Below, one piece after another: positions 13,101 through 25,864 of a stretch of 64,000 nucleotides of DNA (its first letter is position 1; each line of letters starts with the position of its first letter). Below the pieces are notes generated by a model that saw only the letters and a program-made list of their open reading frames with translations, did not search any database and was not told the DNA's origin. Both the position numbers and the translations under genes were made by a program. Source of the stretch: Geosiphon pyriformis uo1 (Eukaryota > Fungi > Glomeromycota); contig JAAOMT010000226.1 in assembly GCA_016748015.1 (NCBI GenBank), positions 850,604-914,603 of the forward strand, given 5' to 3'.

Positions 13101-15565
13101 ACAAACTGATGAAGACGTTCAAGGATATACTTGACCGGCTATGTCAGTTCGTTCATTTTGAAGAGGGAAGATGAAGTAACTGCAAGTAGTTGGGTTGCTA
13201 CATGCTACGAATTCTGACCCATAAAGGCTTATTGCCGGGATTAAATTTGAATTGCAGGGCTGAAGTTAGGAATCAGCTGCCCGAAAGGATACGTATCAAT
13301 CCTGAAATTGGAAGCTCTGAATTCTTGTGAGTGTATGGCAAACGAAGAATGGTTTTTGACTTATCACATGGTGCAATGATGTATGCCTTGTCTGTGTACT
13401 CATTGCCTTCATTTTCAAAATTAGAAAATGATTCGGATTACGTAGCGATAATGAATAACTCGTTAAAAGGAATTTTTCGAAGAATTCAAGAATGTGAGGT
13501 TTAAGAAATATGTTAATATTTAATTAATTTAATAGTATAATAATAGCTTAGAAAAACAGTTTAAATCAAATTGAAATATCTTTCTTTGAAATTTTTGAAA
13601 TTTTTTAGCAAATTTTAATTTAATTTATTATATCATATGATTAAAATTCAAATTTAAAAAAAAACAAAATGCTATAATATATTATTTTTAGTTATATTTA
13701 TCAAAAAAAAAAGTCATTATAATTTTCTAAATATATTATTAACTTTATTCAGTTATTTTATTATTTTCACTTTATAAAATAAGAAAAAAAATTTATTTTC
13801 AAGTTTCAAATATTAATTTGAATAAAAAAATGTATTACTGTTATTTTGGAATAATTGATAAAATAATAAAACTAATAAGTCAATTTTTAAAAAATATGTA
13901 AAGAAATTACTTATTGATATTTTAAGTAAAAATACAAATAATAAATATTAATCTTTATCTTTATAAGTGATTATATGTCACATTTCTTAACCAAATCTCA
14001 TGTCTTTAATCTTTTATCTATTTTACCAAACTATGAAAATTTATCGAGTGCTTCAAAATTAAATTTTTTTTTCAAAATTATAAAAGACTTTGACCTCATG
14101 TATCTTTTTCTTAGGACAAACAAATCATTTCGTAATTAAAATGGTAAGCTTCTTTAGTTTGCAAGAGATTATGGAACTAATTCATTAGATATATTTTGGT
14201 CTTTTCATAAGACCATATATGGAAGTCTGTTTCTTCAAAAAAATTTTACAAATATGGTTGAATGCGCCTAAAACTGATCACAGAAAAGCAGGTTTCTAGC
14301 TTTGTATGGGCGAGATCACAAATTGGGTTATGCAACATTCATAAAATACTTATCATGCATAACTTTCATGCAAATATTTTGAATTTTTATCATAAATTTT
14401 TGAATTTTCAAAGTTATTTCTCTGCATTTGTTGAGTTGTTATCAAAATATTGCTTTATTGTTAAAAGAAGTCTAGAAATAATTTTTTCTATTAAAATTTT
14501 TTTGGAAAACCCGACTCCTGAAAAGGAACTTTTAAATGCACTTCAATGTACATATTCGAGACATCAAAAACTTTCTCGTATCAAAACATTGTTATGCACT
14601 GAATGAGTAATTGATGTAACTATTTTATTTTTCAGAATTTAAGATTAAATACTCCTTTGGTTTAATAAATTTCTTTTTTGAGAACTTCGAAAAAAGAATA
14701 CTTTTTAAATGCGGAGGCCCCTATTCATTTAATTAAATAGAATTTTTTTACATCACATTCCATATCGGTATAAATTATTAGTTCTAATATCCAAAGAGAA
14801 CTTTTACTTTAATGTGAGTCATTTTGAAAATATATGCCAATGAGCATTTCTCGACTGTAAAATCGAATGATTTTTCGTACTTATCAATCCTTATTTTAGT
14901 GCGAAAATTTTAAATCTTTAGAAAAAATTATGTGATACTGGAAATTCACCAGGTTCTGACTTTCAAATAGAGAAATTTCAAAAACAAAATATTGAATCAT
15001 TCAAGAAGAATAAAAAAAGCTTTCTCTTGTTAAAATGAATCTGGATCTTGAAAGATAACTAATCAAATGCGAATTGGTTAAGCAGAGTTCAAATCAAAAT
15101 TTAAAAAATTTAAATTTCTAAAAATAACAAATTTGTAGTCACCAATAGAAGTTTTAAAATTAAATATGTATATCAAATCAAAGAACCCTTCTCAAGCGGC
15201 AGTGTAATGTCTTTAGATTTTCGTTCTACCTACGATCGCTGATGATCTCTAAAGTTGATCATGGCAAAGCAGTTTAGGAAATTTACAATTATTGCGACGT
15301 ATCATGGATATCTACTAAACTTATTTCCATCACGTTCGTTTAGAAATCAAAGTAAATTTATCATTTACTACCAAACATTATAAGATTTCCTTTAAATAAG
15401 ACCCTTAAAACTTTCACCAAATATTTTCAAAATAAATTGACATTCATAAAACTCTTTGAATTAAAAGCGTATTAAACTGTTAATTGAATTCTACAAAATT
15501 AAAAAATAATTTTTACAAAGATTTTAACAAAGATTTCACAAACATTTTAAAAATACTTGATAATT

Positions 15566-16210
15566 ATGTTAAATATTTTTTCAAATTTTGGTCAACGAAA
15601 ACAAACCCGCCTTACACGTCTCGATTACTTGGCATCAGACTTTCAAAAAATTGCTCAGAGGTTTCAATTAACCCTTCCTTCCGCGAAAATTATTGCGATC
15701 TTTGAACTTGAACTACCTAAAAAAATCTCAAAAAAATTCAATAAACTTCAAGAAAGTCTGGCAAGAGGCTCTGATATTTCAGCGATCACGCAAAGAATGT
15801 TTCTTGATACAATGACTACATGTGATGCGTCTGATTTACTTGAAATTGGTCGCCCATGCAAATTAAATTCATGTGAAATGTGTAAAATTATCAAACGAGG
15901 GAATAAATGTATTAAAACACCACGTCCAAAGAACAATGAGCTCTTGGGAATTTGGTCTGCTAAAAATGCAAATTTGGCTGATTCGTTTTGTGAAGATGTT
16001 GGGACTTTGAGAAAAATGTTTGTATTGGATATTTTATCCCCAGTTTCTGCTGAAACATTGGTCGTTTATAGTAATTCTGTAAGTGATTTTTTATTAAAAT
16101 TGGTTGTTAAAAGATTTCAAAGTAATTACTGATTTACTTTTTTTTTTTATGCAACATAGGCTGCAATTCCACGATTTTTAATTCTTTACGAAGTACCAAA
16201 TTTAAAATGA
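15566..16210 (+). CDS. Small PARP-type ADP-ribosyltransferase-fold protein with Cys cluster and degenerate NAD-binding motif
   Basis: Motif order RMFLDT (HGT position), C..C....C..C.IIKRG, GIWSA, ADSFC, MFVLDIL, LVVYSNS|AAIPRFLILY matches fungal PARP-catalytic-like proteins. Intron 16079-16159. Confidence 0.65.
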
Positions 16211-16792
16211 AAAATTAGAGCTTGGATTTGCAAAATTGGCTATCAAAGACTCAAATTTTTCTTATGACTAGCTCCTTGCAACCACAAACAATGACTAAAT
16301 ACCCTTTTTGAAATTCCTTTTAAAAAATAGATTCCCTCTAAAGTTATTCCAACTTGCTTGAAAAATTTTTTTATCAAAAATAAATTTATCTCATCTATTC
16401 AAATTATAAAATGTTTAACATATCAAGTCTGAGGACATATCTGTGACATTCAAAAGGCTTTTAGAATAGCTTTTTTCTAACATAAATTGAGTTTTGAAAT
16501 TAAGGTTTTCCAATTCCCAATAAAAAGTTTTTTTTTTAAGAGATGCTTTTTAATTTAGCAAGTAATCATATCAAATTAATTAATTAATTAATTAATAGCA
16601 AATTTATTACTTTGCATAATATAAAAATATCAATTAGAAAATTTTTTTTAAAGTCGTGCATTTTTTATATGAAATTTTAAGATTAATTCAATTAGTATTA
16701 ATTCTAATAGTTTAAAATATTGTTAAAAAATTTCAGTTTTAATTTAAATGATTAATATTTTTCAAAAATTCATTTCTGTTTTTATTTGTTAC

Positions 16793-16830
<38 letters not shown>
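16793..16830. repeat. (AAT)n microsatellite
   Basis: Direct tandem repeat. Confidence 0.9.
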
Positions 16831-16831
<1 letters not shown>

Positions 16832-19800
16832 TAAAAAAATTATTATGTTTTGATTTAATCAAACAAATAAATTCAATATATTCATTTTCTTAAATAATTT
16901 ATGAAATTTTAAGAAAAATGAAAACATTAATATATTATTTTTCCAATTTAAAATTTTTTTATTTAATAATTCAATTAATATTATCAATGTAAAACAATAT
17001 TCAAATATAACTAAACCTAAAAAAAACCCTAAAACTGTAAAATTTATAGCAAAAAAATGTGTGTGAATAAGATAGTTATATTAATTTTGGTTACTTTTAT
17101 ATAATGTTTGTGGATCGAAACATGAAATATTTCTTAACAAAAAAAGCAAGAGACAAAGATAATTAGAAGGAATCGTGTTATTAAATTTTTATAATCTGTC
17201 AATAAAACTGTTATAATTCTTTTGAGATATATTCTCACATTTTTCACAAATATTTTAAAAGAACAAATTAGCTGCTTCCATTCCTTGGATTGAATCAAAT
17301 ATTTACTGAGTACAATTTGATAACTTGGCAACAACAAAGGGAAAAACAAAAACTAAAACTTCAGGCTATTATTGTGATAAAACGTGTTTTTTGAAATTGT
17401 TTTCCCTAGACTTTAAAAAATTACAACATAAAAAAATCCTCAAAATTACCTTCCAATAACTTAGCCGAAGACAAAGAACATTTAAAAACATGGCTTCTTT
17501 GGTCAAATTATTAAAAAATAAGATTTACAGTCAATGCTTTGATTATATTTTCTTTGTGTTTTTTACAGGCTCATTATGCTATTTTTGAACAATCGCTGCA
17601 AGATGACCTCGCCTATAATTTTAAAATCTTTTTGGAATACCACTGACAAAGTTACTTTATTTTTCTCACTAATTTAATTGAATCATTTCAAATCTAAATA
17701 AATAATATGAAATAGAGTTTTTACCTTAAATATGTTCTTTCTACAATATTTTTGGATTGAAGTAAAGAAACAACACGATCTTTCTTGGAAACACTAGCTA
17801 CATAAAATTAGAATATCACATTTGTCAGCAATACTTTCACAAAATGTTTCAATAAATATTATTATAAAAATTCTCTTGATTTAATTCACAAGTTTGCTTA
17901 CATTTACTTCCTTTAATCTTTCACAAAAATTTAAAGGGCTCAAAGGGAAATTCAAGAAAAAAACGCGCGAAGCAACAAGTAACACCAAAAAATGAATTAG
18001 ATTTTACAGGCATTAACGATAACAAAGAAGTAGATTTAGTCGAACTTGAAGAGTATTGTACAGAATAATATTGCTGGTGAACCATAATGATGAATGAAAT
18101 GTTTAGGTTGTACAGTAGGATGAAATAAAAATGCATTCGGTATTTTAATTGGGTATTTAATTAATTGCTTTGTTTGATAAAAAACGCGTTTTTGGCGATT
18201 TCAAAATCACCTTTTTTTGCGATTACCACATTTTGCTACACATTATGGTCGTTGAAAAAGAAATTGTCCCTTAGCAAAAAGGTATTATTGTTTACAGAAA
18301 GTAGGTGTCTAGTTCTTATTATTCTCTTCACATGCTCAGTTACAAATATCATCTATTATGAGTTTTTGATCACTCATTTTATACCAATTCTCAAGATTTA
18401 TGCAAAAAAAAAGATATTTTTTGAAAAAAAATAATTCATTGACACATTCAACAAAAGTCACATACAAGTTTCTCGTTTCACAAAAATGGAACTTTTTTCT
18501 ATAGTCATCATAAAGTCCCGAGCTCAATTCTATTAAAAGTTTGAGATAAGACCTTAAAGCTGCAAACCTAAACTATTCAACATTTCAGAACTAAAAAAAG
18601 CTGTTGCTGAATAGTGAGCTGCAGTCTTAAAAAAGTATACCAAAAATTGATTATTTCTATATATCACCAAATTAAGACTATTATTTCTATTAAAAAAATG
18701 CAAATAAAGTATCAAAAACTTGTAAAATAATTTTATTTTATTGAATCTTTACTTGATGTTTATCACTCTTTTTGAAATTTGTAAAATTAAATTTGAATAA
18801 ACTAGTAAAATATATTTTTTTTAAAAATTTGGATAATAGGAAATGAATTTTATCTAAATTAATTGAGAAATTTTATTTTACATTATTTTATGTTTTTTTA
18901 TATTATTCTTAAAACATCTGAACTTTGCTAATAGATTAAAAGCAATAAATAATAAAAATTGCTAACATATATTTTTCTAAAAAATTCTTCGCCCTTTGTT
19001 TGTTATCTATATTTAAAAAATTTTGTGTAACAGTAACTTTACCAACAAGGAATTTACATGTATTATTGGATTGAGTTGAAAGAATATAACACAAGATGCA
19101 AAGGTTTTATTTATTGATAATTTGCAGATTTTTTTATTAAATGTTATTGGTTACTACATTTATATATTTTGCTCTCACTAATGAATGTTGTGTACTAGTA
19201 ATCAATTCAAAAAAAGATTTGCATTGATAATTGTATACATATACTAAGATATTTAGTCAACCTTCTAAATTACTCTGAAAAATCTCGAGGAATTAATTAC
19301 TAAATTCTTTATTGACTTTGCATTTTAAATAAGATAATCCCAAATCTCTCTTAGCTTACTAGTTTTTTTTTGCTAAACGTCAATATCTAGTTTAAAACTT
19401 GAAAATTTTAAATCAATTATTTAAAATATCTTTTTTGCAGCCTCATCAAAATTAAAATTAAAATCTTTGTTTTGCTTCACATTCCAAATGATCAAGAATG
19501 ATAGGCTAATATCAAGAACATTTCTTGGTTTATTTTAAAAAAATTTCATCTAAAAATCTGATATATTTCAAATTCCAGGATTTCGAAATTGATCCTTGTC
19601 TTGTTTATGATAATGAAATTCTCATCTAAACAAAGTTCGCAAAAAAAAAAATCATAAAAATTTTTATCACAATACTTTTCCTTGACGTTAAATGCATCAG
19701 TTATTTGTAAAACAATAAAGTTTACAAATCTCAAATTTTTATTCCTACAAATCCCTTAATCATTAATTACACACCTGCATCTTGTACAGTCAATAATTGA

Positions 19801-20473
19801 TTATTTTGGAATGAAAGTATGTTCTATTTTTAGATAATTTCGACCGGTTTTTAATACATTTACAGGCAGAAAGGAAAATTTTTACGAGTATGGATGATCA
19901 CAACCGAAATAATTCTCGCGTGGCATATTTTTAATCCCCGACAGATACCCGCTTATACATTTCAAAAAGACTCGACCGTTGAGAAATTTATTAAAAATGA
20001 AATTTAATCAATGAAAAGTTGTAGCATCATTAAGACCAATACCTAATACTAATTCTTGTCTTACTGATTCGCCAATTAGTAATTCACAGATTATAAAGCT
20101 GTCAAACAAGAAAGCTCATCAATTTAGTTGTACATGAAATCTCCCGGCAACTAGTGGTACAAATTGAAAATGTGGTCAGTCACAAAAGCAAAACAAATGA
20201 ATATCTGCACCAGTCTCGTAGACCGTATACGGGCACGATACAACCCATCAATAGTCCATAAAATGGTCGCCCTCTTGCTTCCAGCAAAACACTCCATTCC
20301 ACCCAACCGCATTTTCTCGTCTAAAATTCACCTTCCTTTAATTACTTTCTTTTGAGAGTAAAAAAAAGCTTGTTTATCCCCCAAGCAATTAATCCTTCAA
20401 ATTCTAATCTCACCACTCCTTCAACATCACAATCTACCTCCTAAACTTTCTCAAGTTTTAATATTATACAAAA

Positions 20474-21546
20474 ATGAAGACTGGTCTTGTTCTTTCTCTT
20501 TTCTCTGTACTCATTGGTAGTATTGCGGCCACAGATTTTAACGTGAGAAAAACGGCTATCAATTTAACTTGACTGGCAGTCACATTTATATTTTCGCTAA
20601 TAACATTTATTTATTTATTTATTTTAATCAGTTGATTTCACCATGGGGAGAGACAGTTTGGAAAGCTGGCGATGATTGCACTATCATTTGGGGCGTTTTG
20701 AAGAAAGGCGGTGAAGCTGCCGCACCAGAGGTCACTAAAGTCAATCTTGGTAATATATAATTTATGATTGGCTATCAAGGGTGATATGAACTATATATAT
20801 TAACAATTGATTTATTTCATAGATCTCATGCAAGGAGACTTTAATAACGCAAATTTGGTCGCAAATATTGGTAGCAATCTTGATGTAAACATGGGTAAAT
20901 ACTTATTGAAAAACGTTCCTGATTACCCAGCTGGCTCAGATTACTTTGTTCGTGTCGGTACAGATGCCTGGTGGAGGTAATAGCTTCTATAAATTCTTGG
21001 GCTGTTATATTCACATCTTTTAGATTCTAATGATATTTGCTAATTTATTAAATCAGGTATGGACATGCTTTCACTTTCAAAGGCAAGGGCTCTGTGAAGT
21101 CATTGGCTAAACCAGGTTTGTCTTTGATAATAAATTTTCTATTAATAAATAATTTTGAATCATTATCTCAAGCAATTATTCAAAATCCCAATTAAATTGT
21201 GTCTATTATAATACTTCTTTTAGCCTATGACAAAAAAGCTGTAGCTCTTGGCCCTGACGCCACCAATGTTACCTCATCAGATGCCGTGAACAATTCCAGC
21301 TCACCAAGTACAAACTCAACATCTTCAAGCACTAGCAAAGACGCCAAGGATAGCAAAGACGCCAAACCCAGTAGCGACTCTTCTGACTCCAAGAGCACCA
21401 ATGTGACCTCCTCCTCCTCCTCCTCCTCCTCTCCGTCTTCAACAACATCAGCCACAAAAACACCCGCAAGTGCAGCTTCATTCACACAAGCCAGCTCAGC
21501 TTTATTGGTCTTCAGCTTAGTTTTTTTGACTATTTTCAATCTCTAG
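20474..21546 (+). CDS. Secreted, probably GPI-anchored Ser/Thr-rich cell-surface protein with Kre9/Knh1-like N-terminal domain
   Basis: Signal peptide MKTGLVLSLFSVLIGSIAA; ISPWGETVWKAG..I.W, DLMQGD, VPDYPAGSDYFVRVG, FTF; Ser/Thr-rich stalk; SAAS followed by a hydrophobic C-terminus. Five exons. Confidence 0.8.
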
Positions 21547-23144
21547 AAACATTAAACTTGACACCTAGTTATTTAGTTAGTTGATAGTGACGCTTAAAGA
21601 AATTTAATATCTTAATTTAATTTTTCAAAACCTGGGGGATACAAAGACTTTGACTCATTGTCTATTTATTCCCGGAACATTGTTTTTAGAATTATTTTCC
21701 TTGTTAATTTCATTTAGAATTTTGTGTTAATCAGGCTCGATAAAAGGCCATCTTAAAGATATACATGGGCGGCCCACCTCAAGCTTTGATAACAAAAAAG
21801 GATTTTCAAAAATGCTTCAAAAATTTTTTAGAGTAGTGCAAAGTGTTTTTGACAAAGTTGAATAACCGAAGGTCAAATAAAAGCACATACAAAATGAATA
21901 AACATACGGAATTCTAGAAAATAACCACCCCCAAGGATTAAGAAATATTTACTAATGTTTTCTAAAAAATAATTGTCATAATTTATATAGCAAGAATACA
22001 ATTAATGCAAGATTATTCTGAAAGTTTCTAGCCATTCAACTAGGTACATGCACTTTAGTTTCTGCATGCAGACTTCGGCTGTATACATGATTAAACATTT
22101 GGTATATAAGATAGATTCCTATCAAAGGTTTTTGACGAAATGAAAATAAGTTGCCTTATTAAAACAATTAAATAGACACGCGGCCTAACCATTCAATAAG
22201 AAGCGTGCGAGACCCTTATTAACCGTGATTCATTTTTAAGAGAATTTTCCATATATAATATTTCTGATATTTCTCCTATTACTTATTATTAAAAATATTT
22301 TATATTCGTTTTACAGTATGATTTGAATATCTCAAATATTTTGGCACATTCACTGAACCTTTAAAAAAAATATTACTGGAGATTTTCTAAAATTAAAATC
22401 TTGTAGCTGAATCTGCTATACGAGGGAGTTTTTGTAAATTACAATATTATATTTAAAATATCATTATGATAATTTAAAGAGGATTCCTGATTTTTGGTGA
22501 TGGATTTTAACAAAAGATATTACTAATTTTATTGCTACTCATTGTTAATTTAGGAGCTTAAAGAACATGAGGATACGCAATTTGCTTTTTCATAGGATTA
22601 GAAGATTTCTTTGTTTTCGGAGATTAACGTCTTTTTTGGATTGGACCTTCTAACTTACTTCAATTATAACATACCCCAATTACTAATGATGGTCCAAAAT
22701 TTTCGTTTCTAAAATTGAAGGCCGAGTCATGCGTATAAAAGGGTAAAAAAAGGCAAACACGAAAATTAAAACTATCATTTCGTAGAACCAATCAATTACC
22801 ACCATTTTTCACAACATATACTTATGGAACACAAATTGCAAATTTCGCATTACTCAAAAATGCATGAGGAAATTTTGCACCAAGAAAATCTTTCCAAATA
22901 TGTAGTTTGATTTTTTGCCCGACTGCAAAAAATATCAAAGTACATTTGTTTTCACAATTTGGACTAAAAATTTAATAATTATTCAAAGTCTCAAATTATC
23001 ACATTCATTTTATCAGTATTTTGTTTCGAGGACTCTTCCTTCAACTCTTCATTCCTTCCTTTGATTTGTGGTTCCCATCCTTTATTACCCTCACTTCGTT
23101 TTTACAAGGGAATACCACGGTCAGACAAAAAAAAAATCAAAACA

Positions 23145-25423
23145 ATGAAGTTTTGTGAAAAACCTCAATCTTCATCTCTATTCATTATATTCATTTCCCT
23201 CCTATCCATAAATTTCATCTCAACAAAAGTAAACGCAGCTCCAAGCAACGACACTACTTCTGTCAACACAACAAATTCTACCGACCCTAATACAGTCTTA
23301 GTTTCTGCTTCACAAAATACCTCAGTTTCTACAAATGTGCCTTCCATTACAAGTTCAAGTATTGCCATTCCAACTTCAACTCCTATAAGTACTTCAAAAT
23401 TTGCAAATAATGTTATTGTGGGCTATTATCCGGATTGGAGGATGACTCAATTAGCGGTGAATAACCTGTATTGGTCAAAGATTACGCATATAAATTATGG
23501 TATATCGCTGAATTCTAATATTTTTTAGTCTGAATTCTACGTGCCAAACTCATTTTTTTGAAATTATTTGATTTAGCTTACGCTGTGTTGGATGATCAAT
23601 TTGCACCTACAATTTCTTTCAACTCTGCTGCCACCTTGAGTACATTAATTTGGTACGCTCATAATTACAAAGTTCAGGTAGGAGTTCAGAAAAATAATAA
23701 ATAATTGTGTATATATGAATAATTGTTATATAAAAATTTTATACGTTTGTGACATTTGATTTTAGGTTTTGTTGACAATAGGTGGTTGGAATGGGAGTCA
23801 AAAATTTAGCACTTTAGTTTCAAATCCTGCTAATCGTGCTGCCTTCATTTCGGCCACCATCGCGATAATCAAAAAATATGACTTGGATGGGGTAAATGTT
23901 CTTTTCTGCCCATTATTCCTTTAAAAAAATAAACTTTATTTATCCTTCAATGTATTCTTGTAGGTTGATATTGCCTGGGAATATCCTGGTCGTAAAAGTC
24001 TAAAATGTAATATTATAAATAATGCAACAGATACCAGCGATTTCTTGATACTATTACAAGAATTAAGAGCAGCACTAGGCACAGGAAAATTGATCACTAC
24101 AGCAGTAAGACCAGAGCCCTTTGATGGTCCAAATGGGCCTATCCCTAATGTCAGTGATTTTGCCAAAGTTGTTGACTGGATCAATATTATGGTATAATTT
24201 TAAAATTTGAAATGGATTCTTTGAAAATTTTCAAGATATGGTGACTAAAAGTATTAATAACATTTCACTATTTAAGGCATATGATATGAGTGTGGATGAC
24301 AATTCAGGCCAAGAATGGATAAAAATTACAGGACCAAATGCACCATTTCAAAATGTACCCGGCAAAGGACATCAACTTTCATTCACACAAGCTGCGACAG
24401 CTTGGTTAAAAGCCGGGATGCCAGCTTCCAAAATAGTTATGGGGGTTGAGTTCATTGGTCATAGTCAAACAGCTTTAGAACCGATGACTGATAATCAGTT
24501 TGTACAGCGTGACCTCGAAGTCAAAAAAGGTGATAGTGATGATGCATTGTTTACTGATCCATGCCCAAATTCAACCCCAGTATTTTCTGGAATTTGGAAA
24601 TGGCAAAATCTTCGGCAGCAAGGTTTACTTAAATGCTCTATGACGGCTGGTGAGGGATGGATTCGTAATTTTGATAATGTTACTCAAACACCTTGGCTTT
24701 ATAACCCTGCAACAAAAATGTATATTTCTTATGATGACCCACAATCCTTGTTTGTGAAAATCAATTATACGAAGAAACAAGAATTTCGTGGTATCATGAT
24801 ATGGGAATTAACTAGCGATAATGGTCAGGAGTTGTTGGATTTTGTTCAAGCTATTCGACAAGACACTTCAATACCACCAACTAATGATTGCAGTTCCTCG
24901 GGATCATTGGCTACAAGTGGTAATGATGGTAGTGGGTCCAATCGAAGCGGCGACAGTTCATCTGATCTTGACGGAAATCACAAATCTGGCAACTTTAAGA
25001 GAGGTCTCATTGGGATAATCGTTGCCTCACTAATTGCCCTTTCCAGTATTGGAATTTTGTTTTGGTGTCGAAGACACCGTCTCGCTGTCACAGCACAGAA
25101 AGCAAAAAATGTTGAATTTGAGACCTCAATCCCTCCAATGACGGAAACTGTTATACCAATGCATAAACATTATGTGATTGCTATTTATAATTACGAAGCT
25201 AAAGAAAAGGGTGATATATCATTCAAGAAAGGAGACATAATTGAAGTTATTGAGCGAGGAAAAGACACTAATGATTGGTGGCTTGGGAGGATTAATGGGG
25301 AAATTGGTGAATTTCCTGGTAAGTTTTCAAAATTTTGTCAAGATTTATAACCTCAAAGGTAAAACTAACCTTGTTACAATTTCTCGATTTTTTTTAGGTA
25401 ATTATGTTAAGGATGAATTTTAA
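23145..25423 (+). CDS. GH18 chitinase-like ectodomain + single TM + cytoplasmic SH3 protein
   Basis: Signal peptide, S/T-rich segment, IVGYYPDW, ITHINY|AYA, LTIGGW, DLDG|VDIAWEYPG, WINIM|AYD, ISYDDPQSL..K, GIMIWEL. Then TM GLIGIIVASLIALSSIGILFW-CRRHR and SH3 AIYNYEAKEKGDISFKKGDIIEV..DWWLG..GEFP|GNYV. Confidence 0.9.
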
Positions 25424-25864
25424 AATTCATAATTACCAGTTAATAAATTAAATATCAGCTTCAAATAATTTTGACCTACCATTCGAAAAGAAATGAATTG
25501 TTTCAAAGTTTTATTCAAAATATTCATTGATGATATCTTTCCTGATATTTTTTTGTTATTGTGCTCATTTTTCTTGCATTTGACCTATAATTTAACCCAC
25601 AGGTTTTTCTCCTGCGTCTAATCAGTTTCAAGCTGTCTTGCATAAAATGCTGCATTAATAAGAATAGTTACACAAAAGCAAAATGTAAATATTGTAACCG
25701 TGCGGCTAACACCACATTGGAAGACTGTCCTTGATACTTTCGAAGAAAAAATTAATAAATAACCTGGGAACTTTGAATCAGTTTTTTGTCTCTACCTATT
25801 TAAAAGTTTTCAACGTTGTAGGATAAAAATTAGATATTTATTCAAATTCAAAAAGACACCAATC

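Noticed and set aside
14262-14606. 114-aa ORF
   Set aside because: Low-complexity F/I/L/K composition typical of random AT-rich ORFs
17560-18090. Possible small spliced minus-strand gene
   Set aside because: Splice-like sites exist, but a frameshift is needed and no domain is recognisable
21225-21539. Minus-strand Glu/Leu-rich ORF
   Set aside because: Antisense shadow of the Ser-rich stalk of the GPI protein
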